From assembly GCF_006345805.1 (NCBI RefSeq), contig NC_043007.1, positions 8,742,001-8,806,000 of the forward strand: 64,000 nt of DNA, read 5' to 3'. Position 1 is the stretch's first letter. Each line of letters opens with the position of its first letter. Origin of the DNA: Octopus sinensis. Taxonomy: Eukaryota. A program made the translations under genes and the position numbers. Shown here one piece after another: positions 10,853 to 23,180 of this stretch. Under the pieces are notes generated by a model, which did not search any database, had not been told where the DNA came from, and saw only the letters and a list, made by a program, of their open reading frames with translations.

Positions 10853-11517
10853 CGTACTGCTTCCATCTTCCTTTATTTATTTTCATGCTTACTTCTTTCG
10901 GTATGTATCTCTTAATCTCAAACCTCTCCTTCTCGTTACTCATATACAACGCACAATCTCTCTCTGTCATACACTCATATATATATACATATATATATAT
11001 ACACACACACACACACATATATATATAGACACACACACACACACACACACACACACCACACACGCGCGCACGCAGACACGCACACACGTTTTATATATCA
11101 GCAGTACTCTTCACTCTTTCTAGATCCATACCTGTTCCTTCGGACAGCTTTCTCAGGAAAGATAACTCACCAGTTGCTGTCAGCAGAGATACGCCTTCAC
11201 TTCTAAGTTATCACTATTGCCATTTATATGTGAATGTATTTCTATATGTGTGTGTGCGTGTGTATATGTGTGTGTATGTGTGTGTGGCCATTTTCTCCGT
11301 TGCTTCATATAGCTTATTTACTTGTATTTACGTGTTTTTGCTATTGTTATTGACGTCGTTCCTATTTGTATATTGTTTGACCATATACACATGCGTATTT
11401 ATGCATTTATATATATATGTATATAAACGCAGATCTACATATACACATAAACTGATAAGCATATTCGCACGCGTATATATACACACATACATACATATAT
11501 ATACATATGTATGTATG

Positions 11518-11578
<61 letters not shown>

Positions 11579-11586
11579 ATATATAT

Positions 11587-11619
<33 letters not shown>

Positions 11620-11709
11620 GATATATAAATTAAAGAACCACCATGAAGCAATTCAACAATGATATACTTAAACCATATGATATAGAAAAAAATTCAAGAT
11701 ACGATAAAA

Positions 11710-11907
11710 AAAAAAATAAATAAATGCGCTCTTTTAAATCCTAGCCAGACTCATAGGTCCGGTTTCCCGGTTTCTGTGGCGTATGTGTTCCCCAGGTGGA
11801 CGGGACGCCAGTCCATCGCAGCGTTACTCATTTTTGCCAGCTGAGTGGACTAGAGCAACGTGAAATGAAGTGTTTTACTCAAGAACACAACGCGTCGCCC
11901 GGTCCAG
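11710..11907 (-). mobile_element. 5'-truncated SINE (family-C body with V-SINE-like 3' segment), 12-bp TSD
   Basis: TSD gatacgataaaa at 11698-11709 and 11908-11919; minus strand reads ttgtgttcttgagtaaaacacttcatttcacgttgctc then gcgatggactggcgtcccgtcca. Confidence 0.8.
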
Positions 11908-12055
11908 GATACGATAAAACATTTACCTAAAACTAAATAAAATACTAAATAATAAATAAATAGTATACAATTAGTAAATAGACTACACGCACGCACACAC
12001 ACACACACACACACACACCCACACACACACACACTCACATATATATATCTACATG

Positions 12056-12096
<41 letters not shown>

Positions 12097-12099
<3 letters not shown>

Positions 12100-12304
12100 G
12101 ATCCAAACAAGAAAGCACAAAAAAAACACAACAACGCGAGGACGTGGAACAAATATAGTATTATTGGACGCTCAGGAAAGAAGGAAAGAAGGTGGGTTTA
12201 ACGTTTCGAGCGGAGCTCTTCGTCGGAAACATAATAGATGGAAAGATCCAGAGAAGGAAAGACAGAGGAAAAAAAATCGGCAACGGTACACACGAGGTCA
12301 CGTG
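12097..12304 (-). mobile_element. Penelope pLTR-like mini-element with hammerhead motif
   Basis: Homologous to 2451-2624; abuts (TA)n at its 3' end. Confidence 0.72.
12196..12230 (-). ncRNA. Minimal type-I hammerhead-like motif, CCGACGA core variant
   Basis: Minus strand: gttt-ccgacga-a-gagc-tcc-gctc-gaaa-cg-tt-aaac. Confidence 0.6.
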
Positions 12305-12457
12305 TGTGTGTGTGTATATATATATATACACACATATACATGATATATCATGAGCCTTATATCTATCTCACGCACACGTACATACATATATCTACATATA
12401 TATGTATATGCATATCCATGCATTTATTCAATATAGTACGTACATTTATATATATAT

Positions 12458-12965
12458 ACTAGCAGTATCGCCCGGCGTTGCTCGGGTTTGTAAGGGAAAT
12501 AACTATATAAGCATTTTTAGAGAGTTACTTCCCTTATAAATTCAGGCTTTCTTAGCCATTTTTGTTTTGGTGTCTTGAAGCCATGAAGTAGTTGTTCTAA
12601 AAGAACGCTGGTTTCCTTCACAACGCATTACGACGTTGATTTCTTTACACTCCCTTCCCCACAGCTCCACGAGGGAGGGAAGGGGGAGAAGCAAACAGGT
12701 GCAGCTGTGAGCGTGGACGCCAACTCCGCCGCCATCGACACACGATGCATTTTATGCATTAAAATGGAATAAAAAATGATGTTAAATTATTTTTGAAATC
12801 GTAGACTCATCGTTGACGCGCGCTAATAGTCAGACGGGCTCGATATGAATCACGACTACAAGATACCCGAATTTGGTTAAACTGCACCGCAAAATGTGGG
12901 AGGAGTTAGGAATCTAAATTGAAGGGGACAGACACTCACACAACTAGAGTTTTATATATATAGAT
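12458..12965 (+). mobile_element. Helitron/HINE-like non-autonomous element
   Basis: actagcagtatcgcccggcgttgctcggg start, ...ttttatatatatagat end; right half homologous to the 51257 copy. Confidence 0.78.
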
Positions 12966-13074
12966 ATGTGTGTGTATGAGTGTGTGTATGTATGTGTGTA
13001 TGAGTGTGTGTGTATATTCATACATACGTATTCATATACATATATATATACGCACGCACACATGCATTTATGTT

Positions 13075-13300
13075 TGCGCATGCGTTTGTGTGTGTCTGTG
13101 TGTCCTTGCGTGTGTTTCTCCCGACCAGCGCTTGACAACGGGTGTCGGTAGTTCAACAAAAGAGATCGATAGAACAAAATCACAAGGCTTTAAAATATGA
13201 TTTGGAGTTGCTTTGTTCGATGAAACCCCCTGAAGGCGGTGCCCCTGCATTGCAACAAGCTTAATGACTAAAACAAACAAATGACAACAGAAGAAGTAGA
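13075..13300 (+). mobile_element. Degenerate 3' half of SINE B
   Basis: cgcttgacaac...aaaagagatcgatagaa...gaaggcggtgccc...aatgactaaaacaa. Confidence 0.65.
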
Positions 13301-13614
13301 CATGGATCAATAAGACCACCAGCTGCTTCAGCTTTTGGGAGTATCGCTTAGTTTACTTTTTGGGAATCCTTTTGACTCTGTGCTCTGATTTCAAATCTTG
13401 CGAAGGTTAACATTGTCCTTCATCACTTAATGAATGATATAGTACAAGTTGTGCAATTGATTTTCTTCTCCTCTCTCTCTCTCTCTCTCTCCTCTCTCTC
13501 CCTCTCTTTCTCTTTGTCCCCACCGTCTCTCTCAATATATTTTTTTCTCACTTCCTGAAATACATCGATTGTGGCTAGGCCAGGAGAGCATGGGTGGCAA
13601 CATCTAAAATACTG

Positions 13615-13898
13615 CAGACATGCCGTGTGTCCCGACAGCGTTTTTACAACTCAATGAGACCAGCCTATCAGATGTTGCTACACATCGCTGGTCACAATGC
13701 GCTTCGCGTTGTTTTAGCCTTCAAATGACGCCAACCCGCTGGCTAAGCGAGCAGGCCAATAGAAGAAAGACCGAGAGAAAGTTGTGGCGAAAGAGTACAG
13801 CAGAGATCACCACCATTCCCTGCCGAAGCCTCGTGGAGCTTTTAGGTGTTTTCGCTCAATAAACATTCACGACGCCCGGTCTGGGAATCGAAACCGCG

Positions 13899-13900
<2 letters not shown>
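13615..13900 (-). mobile_element. SINE-D head/body with an alternative 3' half
   Basis: Minus strand atcgcggtttcgattcccagaccgggcg...ccacaactttctctc matches 8038-8165, then diverges completely from the 7987 copy. Confidence 0.75.
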
Positions 13901-13932
<32 letters not shown>

Positions 13933-13989
13933 CTATATATATATATATATGTATAAGGGTGGAAAGGAACACACGAGTTGATCAGTCTG

Positions 13990-15118
13990 TATCGTAAAGT
14001 TCTAGAAAGATATGGCAGCCCCTCTCCATCTACATAGAAAACAACTGGAAGAGATATCTAGATGACTGTTCATCCTTTGGCATAAAATATAGAAAAACTC
14101 ATAGAATTCCAGAAAATTTTAAACGGACTGGACGTAAACATCCAATTCACGATGGAATATAGCCAACACAACTCCCCTTCCTCGATATCCTCATTAAGAA
14201 AGCTAATAATATAATAGAAACAGACATATACTATAAGCCTACAGACTCTAAGCAATATCTTCCATTCAATTCATGCCACCCCAGACACACCAGGATGATA
14301 TCCCCTTCAATCTAGCAAAAAGATATGCACTATAGTCTCTAACGCAAACACCAGAGACACACGACTACAAGAACTAAAAGATACCCTTATCACCAGGAAC
14401 TATCCACCTTCACTTATTGACAAGTGCATTCAACGTGCCCTTCAACTTAACATCAAGGAACTGAGACATCCCAAATCAAAGAAAAACTTACAACAAAAGC
14501 CTTACCATACATCTCCACACACAACCCTCTCAATAACGAAGCCTTCGACACCATCCTCCCAACATACCCCTCCTAAAAAAAGACCACAGAATGAACACCA
14601 ATCCTCCAAACACACACGATCATAAAAAGCAAAAGACAGCCTAGATCCATGAAAAGTCTCCTTACACAAGCCCGAATTCACTCTTCAACACAGAAGCCGA
14701 CAGTAAAAAAATGTGGAAGACTCAATTGCGGGATATGCGACTATCTAATTGAGGGATCAGAGTTCTCCTTCAAACAGGGACAACGGTTTACAGTGAAAAG
14801 CAACTTCACATGTGCTTCGGAGAACCTAATATACTCACTAACCTGCTCCGGGTGTCAAGAGCAGTACATAGGCCAAACAAAAATGGTTTGCGTAAACGAA
14901 TGGCCCTGCACAGATCCCAGATAAAAATTCCCCAAAACAGAAAAATAGCTTTTAGCCAACACATAGATACTTGCGCCAACAAAAAAACACCAAACTTCAG
15001 AATTTTCCCCATCTACCAATTTAGGGACGATACAACCTCGAGACAACGAATAAGTAAAGAAAATCTCTTTATTACAAAATACAAGCCACTTCTTAACGGG
15101 TCTACGACAAACAATTAA
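13990..15118 (+). pseudogene. Frameshifted Penelope RT (motif C, thumb) + GIY-YIG endonuclease
   Basis: WKRYLDDC (codons 14055-14066 = YLDD), LPFLDILI, IETDIYYKPTDSKQYLPFNSCHP, CGRLNCGIC, NLIYSLTCSGCQEQYIGQT, KENLFITKYKPLLN. Confidence 0.92.
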
Positions 15119-15745
15119 TATACCTCAACTTTAGAATAAAAGACATATATACACACACAAATATTACACTCCATAGAATCCATTACTAATCAGCCCCATC
15201 AAAGCTATACTTACACCCATTCATATTCTCCCTTCTCTGTTTTTTTCTTCTTCTTCCTCTTCTTCTTCTTCATCATCATCATTATCATCATCATCGTCGT
15301 CATCATCATCACCACCATTATCACCACCATCTTCTCCTTCTTCTTCTTCTTCTTCTTCTTCTTCATCATCATCATCATCATCAACATCGTCATTTTCTTC
15401 TACTTCTACACCTTCCACCCCTTAACCTTGTCACTAATGTCTTTCAGTATAACGCCTACGCAAATTCCATAAACAATTCCTGAATTGAACTGCGACTACT
15501 GTCAGCCACTGACCATTCAAAATACGACCATTAAGGCATTCCCAGATTTCCCCACCCCCTCTCCACATCAGCCTCATTATTCTTCACCTATCCTACCAAG
15601 AACTCAAAACGACCTCGAACACACAAGTGCAAACAAGGGAGTCAGAGAAAGGCAGAATGCTACTTATATCTGAACACTACTACAGAAATATTATTTTAAA
15701 AAAAATTTTCTTCTAATTTTTCTAAATTTAATTATTTAATCGTTA

Positions 15746-15783
15746 CAGTTGAAAAGGTCTCAAAATGACCGAAACCGGTACTG
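15746..15783 (+). ncRNA. Degenerate minimal hammerhead in Penelope 3' pLTR
   Basis: cag-ttgaaaa-ggtc-tcaaaat-gacc-gaaa-ccgg-ta-ctg: stems intact, palindromic ACCGGT stem III, core has two changes from CUGAAGA. Confidence 0.65.
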
Positions 15784-15863
15784 AAAGATTCACTATAAAT
15801 CATCTAGCATTTTCTATTTTTGACTTGTTTTTTCATATATATATATATATATATTATATATAT

Positions 15864-15940
<77 letters not shown>

Positions 15941-15980
15941 AGGGTGTGTAATATATATATATATATATATTATAATATAG

Positions 15981-16083
15981 GGTTAATCCAAACGGGAAAA
16001 CAGAAAAAAAAAAAACAACACACAAGAAGGTGGAACATTAAAGTATTATTATTAGGCGCTCAGGAAAAAGGAAAGAAGGAGAG
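15981..16083 (-). mobile_element. 3' fragment of the 2451/12097 pLTR-like family in (TA)n
   Basis: gttaatccaaac...gtggaaca...gcgctcaggaaa; truncated before the HHR. Confidence 0.65.
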
Positions 16084-16134
16084 TATATATATATGTATAT
16101 ATATATATATATATATCTATATATATATATATGC

Positions 16135-16176
<42 letters not shown>

Positions 16177-16632
16177 ATATATCTATATATATATATATAT
16201 TATATATATATATATATATACATATATATGTAGATATATACATGTTGTGAGTGTGTGTAAATTAATTACCCCATGAGACCTTAACTTGAATATGTTGATT
16301 ATAACGCCTTAGACTGTTGTATACGTAGAGAAAAATCATTTTGCTTTGATGACACTTGTTAAAAGGTAACGAAATTCTATCATCAGCTGACAATATTCCG
16401 TCCGTACACCGACGGATGGTAGTGCTGCATCATTTATCGAACCCATGCATCCAATCATCCATTCATACGTACATACATGATTACATACATGTACACACAC
16501 GCACACACACAAACATATATGCACATGAGTTTCATTATATTATATAAATATCGTATAAATATATTATCTATCTATCTATCCATCTATCAGTCTGTGTGAC
16601 TTTCTCTGTTTGTCTGTCTCTATGTCTGACTC

Positions 16633-16678
<46 letters not shown>

Positions 16679-16687
16679 GATAGATCT

Positions 16688-18527
16688 ATCTTGGCGCTTG
16701 TCATGGAGAAACTGGTCGACAACGCACAAACGTGCGCCGTGCCGGGCCGGAGCATCCATGACAACCTCCATCTGATGCGCTACATCATAGACAGGGTAGT
16801 TAACGAACCTGGCATGGGTGGGGCCCTGATCAACTTGGATCAATCGAAAGCCTTTGATAGGGTAGACCATCGATACTTGGAGGCAGTCCTGAGAGCGGCT
16901 GGTTTCGGTCCCGTCTTCCGCGGCTGGATAGCTGCCTTGTACAGAGGCATCCGTTCGGTAATTCGCGTAAATGGACATCTATCGAGACCCTTCGACATTG
17001 CACGTTCGGTCCGTCAGGGATGCCCCCTCTCGGCGCTTCTATACGTATTGACTCTTGAGCCACTACTGCGGAAGCTGGCGACTCTGAGGGGCATCCCGCG
17101 AGAATTAGGATGCGGGACGAGCGTGTCTGCATACGCGGACGACGTCACCGTCATAGTGTCAAGCCACGAGCACATCGAGCGGGTCGGCGAGACACTGAAA
17201 GACTACGAAGCGGTGACAGGAGCAAAAATCAACCGGGAAAAGTCAGTGGGCTTGCGGCTTGGCACCTGGAGAAGCAAGCCCATGCCGTCCACCAGTACCT
17301 CCGTCGTGGGACGCTGGACAGACGGCCCGGTTGAGTTGCTCGGGGTCTGGTTCGGTCCGGACCTCCCAAATGGAGAAGAACTGGAACGAGATAACGAGTA
17401 GGGTGGTCACTCTCGCCCAGCAATGGGCCGAGAGGAAACTGTCCCTAAAAGGTCGGGCGGAGGTGGTGAACGCGTACATCGCGTCCATCATCTACTACCG
17501 CCTGACCGTCGTACCTTTTCCCGACCCTACCATCACCAAAACTAGAACGCATCCTCTTCCGCTTCTTGTGGAAAGGATGCGTCCCGATGGTCAGGCGATC
17601 CATTTGCTGTCAACACCCGTTAAAAGAGGGCTGGGCATGCCGTGGTTGATGATGCGCAGACACGCGCTGAGACTGCGACATCTCCGGCTCTATGTAGACG
17701 ACGGTGAACTGGTGTTGGTCGCCGTTTGTGAGGCACGCATTCCCGCAACTCGTCTCCATGACCGAACTACAGTCGTGGATCAAAAAGAGGCCGAAGAAGG
17801 GCGAATGCACCGCGAGTGTCGCGTTGCTCTCAAGCACTCTGCCGTCCCGGGTCGACCTTGAGTGCTTCAACACAACCAAAGCATTCTATAGGGGATTAGT
17901 GGAGGGGAGGTACGACGACGAGCTCGGGGCAAACCTGGGCGTCGACGAGGAATACCTGACCCGCCTGTTTCAAACGACTTTCGGACCGGGACCTATGGAC
18001 AACTTCCAGAGATCCCTGGCCTGGCGGTGCTACCGAGAAGCGCTACCCTTTCGGGATAAGCTCTATAGGCATGGCTCGAGAAACACGGGGCCGACCTTCC
18101 GAACGAAGATGGATGCGGGCAGAGCGACGAACCGCTCTGCACGCAATCGTGTCATGTCCAGCAATTTCCCACCTGTGGGCTTATGTCGAACGACTGCTGT
18201 CACGTGTGGGACGTGTCAGGTTTATCAGCCGAGTCTATCGTTAATATCGTCACGCCTCCTTCCTTCAAACGGGAAGGAAGAGCTATTTTTATCATACTTG
18301 TGGCTATGGCGAAAGAATGTATCTGGTAGACGCGTCTGAAAGGATTAGAGACAAACACTTTCCTCTGGTGGTCTGTCAATCTCTCATCACTTCTTCAAGT
18401 ATCACTTGAAAAAAAAGTGAGAGTAGAGAGGCAAGTTTTGTCTAGTGAATGTTTTAAAAAAAAGATGGGTGAATGTAGCAGGATGGGACGTATGAATGAC
18501 GAAGCCACCTTGACTATGATTCTATGA
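16688..18527 (+). pseudogene. Tx1-type ORF2 remnant (RT + zinc knuckle), multiple frameshifts
   Basis: QTCAVPGRSIHDNLHLMR, LINLDQSKAFDRVDH, SVRQGCPLS, SAYADDVTV, INREKS; after a frameshift LSLKGRAEVVN; ALHAIVSCP knuckle; stop at 18525-18527. Confidence 0.92.
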
Positions 18528-18918
18528 ACCGTAAAAATTAATACAGAGAGTTGCTTATTTGCAAAAAAAAAAAAAAAAGAAAGAAATATAACATGTGACT
18601 TCATTGACGAGGTTACCGTGGTCTTTTCCGTAGGCTTTTCTTTCCACCTGTCCTCCCCTTTACACTTCATATTGACATTTCTGTGATAACGATCCCTATT
18701 GATCAATTTTTTCCTCTCCCCCTTTTTTTTTAAACCCCCCCTTTTTTTTTGTCCTCTTTCTCTCCTTTTACGATCCCTTTGATCGACCACCCCCTTTTTA
18801 TTTTATTTTTATTTTATTTTTTTTTTTTATTTTTTTATTTTTAAACCTTCAAAAGAAAAGCTCTACCTTGTAATTTGTTCTATCTGTGTGCAGCCCTGTG
18901 TGGCTAATAAAGAAACAT
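16688..18918 (+). mobile_element. 5'-truncated L1/Tx1-clade non-LTR retrotransposon inside (TATC)n
   Basis: RT domain, C-terminal CCHC-like knuckle and pyrimidine-rich 3' UTR ending ctaataaagaaac; (TATC)n on both sides. Confidence 0.92.
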
Positions 18919-18919
18919 A

Positions 18920-18972
<53 letters not shown>

Positions 18973-19314
18973 GTCCGTCTGTCTGTCTCTGTGTGAGTGT
19001 GTGTGTGTTTAGGTGTATGTGTGTGTGTGTGTGGGGGGGTATGTTTGTATATAACGTTATGTAGTTAATTCTTGATTGTACTTCCCCAATATAGGCCATA
19101 GTTTATTACTCCAAATGTTTGGTTTTTCTCTCCCACGGAATTAGGTTCTTTGAGAGAATGCTGAAGTTTCTTTCCTGTCACCGCTCCGTGTTTTATTGTC
19201 CTGATAATTTTAATACTTTAAGCTGTTTAGCGATATTATAAAGATTAATTCCTGCAGAGTCATCAAACATATGAAACCTAATTGTATCTTTACACCAATA
19301 TATTAAATCACGTA

Positions 19315-19762
19315 AGGCGGCGAGCTGGCAGAAATGTTAGCACTCCAGGAGAAATGCTTAGCCGTATTTCGTCTGCCGTTACGTTCTGAGTTCAAATTCC
19401 GCCGAGGTCGACTTTGCCTTTCATCGTTTCGGGGTCGATAAATTAAGTACCAGTTACGCACTGGTGTCGATGTAATCGACCTAATCCGTTTGTCTGTCCT
19501 TGTTTAACCCCTCTGTGTTTAGTCCCTTTTGGGCCGTAAAGAAATAAGAAACGTTAGCTCCCCGGGCGAAATGCATAGCCGTGTTTGTCTGCCGTTACGT
19601 TCTGAGTTCAAATTCCGCCGAGGTCGTCTTTGCCTTTCATCGTCTCGGGGTCGATAAATTAAGTACCAGTTACACACTGGGGTCGATGTAATCGACTTAA
19701 TCCGTTTATCTGTTCTTGTCTGTCCCCTCTGTGTTTAGCCCCTTGTTGGTAGTAAAGAAATA
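19315..19762 (+). mobile_element. SINE-A dimer
   Basis: Junction aaagaaata|agaaacgttagc at 19546/19547; followed by (ATT)n/(GTT)n. Confidence 0.88.
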
Positions 19763-19769
19763 AATAAAA

Positions 19770-19809
<40 letters not shown>

Positions 19810-19983
19810 GTTGTTGTTGTTGTTGTTGTTATTGTTGTTGTTGTTTTCATTATTATTATTATTATTATTATCATTATTTAGCCTCAGGTTCATCCTGATC
19901 GATCAGATATCTGATCATCTTTTCAGTTTTATTCACACAAGTATGCTTCTGTGGTTACGCAATATGTTTTGAAATTACTTGAT

Positions 19984-20236
19984 TTCGGCTTCAGTCTTGT
20001 CGTGTGGCATCTTGAGCAAGTATCTTCTACTATAGCGTCGGGTCGAACAATGCCTTGTAAGCAAATTTGGGGGACAAAAACTGTGTGGAAGCCCGTCGTA
20101 TATATGTACGTATACGTGTGCTTGTGTGTGTGAGCGTGTGTGCGTGTGTGAATATGTGTGTATGTGTCTTTGCGTTTGTGTTTGGTCCCCCCACCGAGGC
20201 TTGATAATCGGTGTTATTTCATTTATGTCCCTGCAA
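19984..20236 (+). mobile_element. SINE B, partial
   Basis: gtggcatcttgagcaagtatcttctactatag body and internal microsatellite; interrupted by SINE A. Confidence 0.75.
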
Positions 20237-20238
20237 CC

Positions 20239-20471
20239 TATTTCTTTATTACCCACAAGGGGCTAAACACAGACGAGACAAACAAGGACAGACATAGGTA
20301 TTAAGTCGATTACATCGACCCCAGTGCGTAACTGGTACTTAATTTATCGACCCCGAAAGGACGAAAGGCAAAGTCGACCTCGGCGGAATTTGAACTCACA
20401 ACGTAACGGCAGACGAAATACCGCTAAGCATTTCGCCAGGCGTGCTTACGTTTCTGCCAGCTCGCCGCCTT
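20239..20471 (-). mobile_element. SINE A, full-length long tail
   Basis: Reverse complement of the family-A pattern. Confidence 0.9.
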
Positions 20472-20607
20472 AACCTAGCGTTTCAGCACAAAAGAAGGAC
20501 CGGGGTCTATCTTTTCGAGTGACCTTTCATGGCTGCCATCGAATAACTGAAACAACTACAAGATAAAAGGCAGTGTATCTAAGGTTACATTATCCAATGT
20601 GTCAATA

Positions 20608-20843
20608 AAGTAATCCCTCGACTATCGCGGGTGTTACGTTCCCAAACCCTCCGCGATAGGTGAAAATCCGCGAAGTAGAAACAGTACTGTACTGTTTATT
20701 TTTTGCCTTATTTTTGTAATTCATAAATATTTATTTTAGTATAAATGCCAAACAACACGACAGAGGAATCGACGTAAGCTTAAATAATAAACTGCGATAC
20801 GTGAACCGCGATAAGTGAAGCACGATATGGTGAGGGATTACTG
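20608..20843. mobile_element. Tigger/pogo-like MITE
   Basis: TIRs (a/c)agtaatccctcgactatcgcgg / cacgatatggtgagggattactg with TA on both sides. Confidence 0.78.
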
Positions 20844-21655
20844 TACATTTCTTAATGTCATAACGTCTGATATGAGGAAGGGTTATCTACTATTTCTAGC
20901 CTATGGAAAGCTTACATAAGGATTACCGTTTTCTTTTCACTCAAACGTAGTGTAACTAAGGATATATTACTGAATGTGTTTAAGTAAAACGATAATGTTT
21001 GATATGACGGAGATTTGACTGCTATTTCTAGCCTGTGAAAGACGGCGTAAATCTTCCCTGGGTATTTCGACGCTTTATCATTTCAGCTGCTCGATCGACC
21101 TCGTGTGGGATAAATAATATATATGCAACCTAACAGCTGTGCTCTGTTGTCACGTGATAACAGTCTTTTAATTCTCAGATATCTGTCACCTCTTTCAGTT
21201 CTCTCGCATGAGATATCAAGATTTAAACACCTTTTTATCACACTCATAACCTGAAGCAGTTGATGTATGCGTGAGAGCGCCTCTTTGTGTATATGTGACT
21301 GTGTGTGTGCGTATCTGTGCATGTGTGGCTTTTTGTGTGTGCTTTGCTGTCTGTGTGTGCGTGTGTTTGTGTGTGTTTGTGTGTGTGTTTGTGTTTGTGT
21401 GTATGTGTGTGTTAGGTTGAGTTTAATTGTTTGTGAATATATATCATTTGTATTACAAGGCCCAAACAATTGATGTATGACTCAGAGTGTGATTATATGC
21501 ATGCGTATGCCCAACACCGTGTATGTAAATGTGCGTATGTATGTGTGAACGTGAGTGTATGTGTATGAATGTATGTGTTTATATGAGTGTGGTTATGCTT
21601 TATTCTTCATATGCCTGTATCTCTCTATGTTTTATAGTGTGTATGTATATTTTGT

Positions 21656-21992
21656 GTGAAGGCGCATGGCTCAGTGGTTAGAGCGTAGAGCTTACGATCG
21701 TGAGGTTGTGAGTTCGATTCCCGGACCGGGTTGTGTGTTGTGTTCTTGAGCAAGACACGTTATTTCACGTTGCTCCAGTTAACTCAACAGTAGAAATGAG
21801 TTGCGACATCACTGGTGCCAAGCTGTATCGGCCCCTTTGCCTTTCCCTTGGATAACATCGGTGGCGTGGGCAGGAGAGGCTGTTATGCATGGGTGACTGC
21901 TAGCCTCCCATAAACAATCTTGCCCCGACTTTTGTCTCGGAGGGTAACTTTCTAGGTGCAGTCCCATAGTCATTCATGACCGAAGGGGATCT
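21656..21992 (+). mobile_element. SINE family C (tRNA head + CORE-like body), full length
   Basis: ggcgcatggctcagtggttagagcg...gagttcgattccc head; ttgagcaagacac..tttcacgttgctccagt body; homologous to 37511-37850. Confidence 0.88.
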
Positions 21993-22401
21993 CCTCCAAT
22001 GTGTATTTTGTGGAAAAAATACGTATGAAAATGTAAATGTTTGTAGGTGTCTTTTCTTTATGTGTATCTGTGTGTTTCTTTGTGTATATGTAAATAATTG
22101 AATTCAATTTAGATTCCTTTATTTACACACACATAGGCCTACACGTACACACGGGCATATTCACATGTTCACACATACACATTCAAATTTTGGACGAAGT
22201 TGTGAACATGTTTAAAAACCATATTTTCATAATCGCTCTTAAAATGAAACCTGGTATGTAACAGCCAGGGTGTTAGATTCAGTCGTCCAATTGGTTAGTT
22301 TCTACTTTAATTAATTATAATCATGTTTAGGAATCGCTTCAGGTATCCTAATGCTAGAAACAATCGGTAGTGGATAGCCTGATCATTCTTACACCAGCAA
22401 T

Positions 22402-22590
22402 GTGGAGGCGGAATGGTCCAGTGGTTAGGGCAGCGAACTCGCGGTCGTAAGAACCCAGTTTCGATTCCCGGTCCGGGCATTGTGAGTGTTTATTGAGCAA
22501 AAACGCCTAAGATTCACGAGGCTCCGGCAGGTATGGTGGTGAACCCCACTGAACTCTTTCACCACAACTTTCTCTCACTCTTTCTTCCTA
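22402..22590 (+). mobile_element. SINE D head/body; downstream sequence unrelated to other D copies
   Basis: gtggaggcggaatggtccagtggttagggcagc...ccacaactttctctcactc. Confidence 0.75.
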
Positions 22591-22809
22591 CTTCAGTCAC
22601 AAAGCAGAGGAACCATGGTGTAACGCACTATAGTAAACTTTCAGACCTTAGTCTAGTTTGCAAATCCTCTGTACCCCAGGATGGTTCAGTTCTCCACCCG
22701 TTAAAAGCCACTGTTTACGGAATGAGGATAACAACGTAGCTTTCGCGCCCGTGAAACCGGCAGTCTATCACGTGTGGTGGGTGGATCTTCAAGTCGCCAC
22801 ACGCATTCT

Positions 22810-23013
22810 TAGTAGCTTAGAGTAGGCTCGAATTAGAGATTATTCTTTATGGCTAATGGCGTGAGTCCTGATTGGAAGAAGAATACACCAGCAATATATA
22901 TGTATATATATATATATGTGTGTGTGTGTGCGTTCTAAACAAAACTGTCCAACGAACCGGAACGTGAAATTCTGAGTAACAGTTTTTGTGATTTTTGCTG
23001 CTTTTTAGTAAGG
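22810..23013 (+). mobile_element. (TA)n-anchored pLTR-like fragment
   Basis: gagtaggctcgaa resembles HHR stem II/GAAA of the 30801 motif; 3' part homologous to 626-709; ends at (TA)n. Confidence 0.45.
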
Positions 23014-23062
23014 TATATATATATATATAAATATGTATGTATATATATGTATATATATGTAT

Positions 23063-23122
<60 letters not shown>

Positions 23123-23124
23123 GT

Positions 23125-23180
<56 letters not shown>

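Larger units (their letters stand above)
13955..15835 (+). mobile_element. 5'-truncated Penelope-like retroelement flanked by (TA)n
   Basis: RT C-terminus, GIY-YIG endonuclease, 3' region with HHR remnant; (TA)n on both sides. Confidence 0.9.

Noticed and set aside
16610-17401. 263-aa ORF as an intact gene
   Set aside because: The start and N-terminus come from the (TATC)n flank; the rest is a truncated, frameshifted Tx1 RT.
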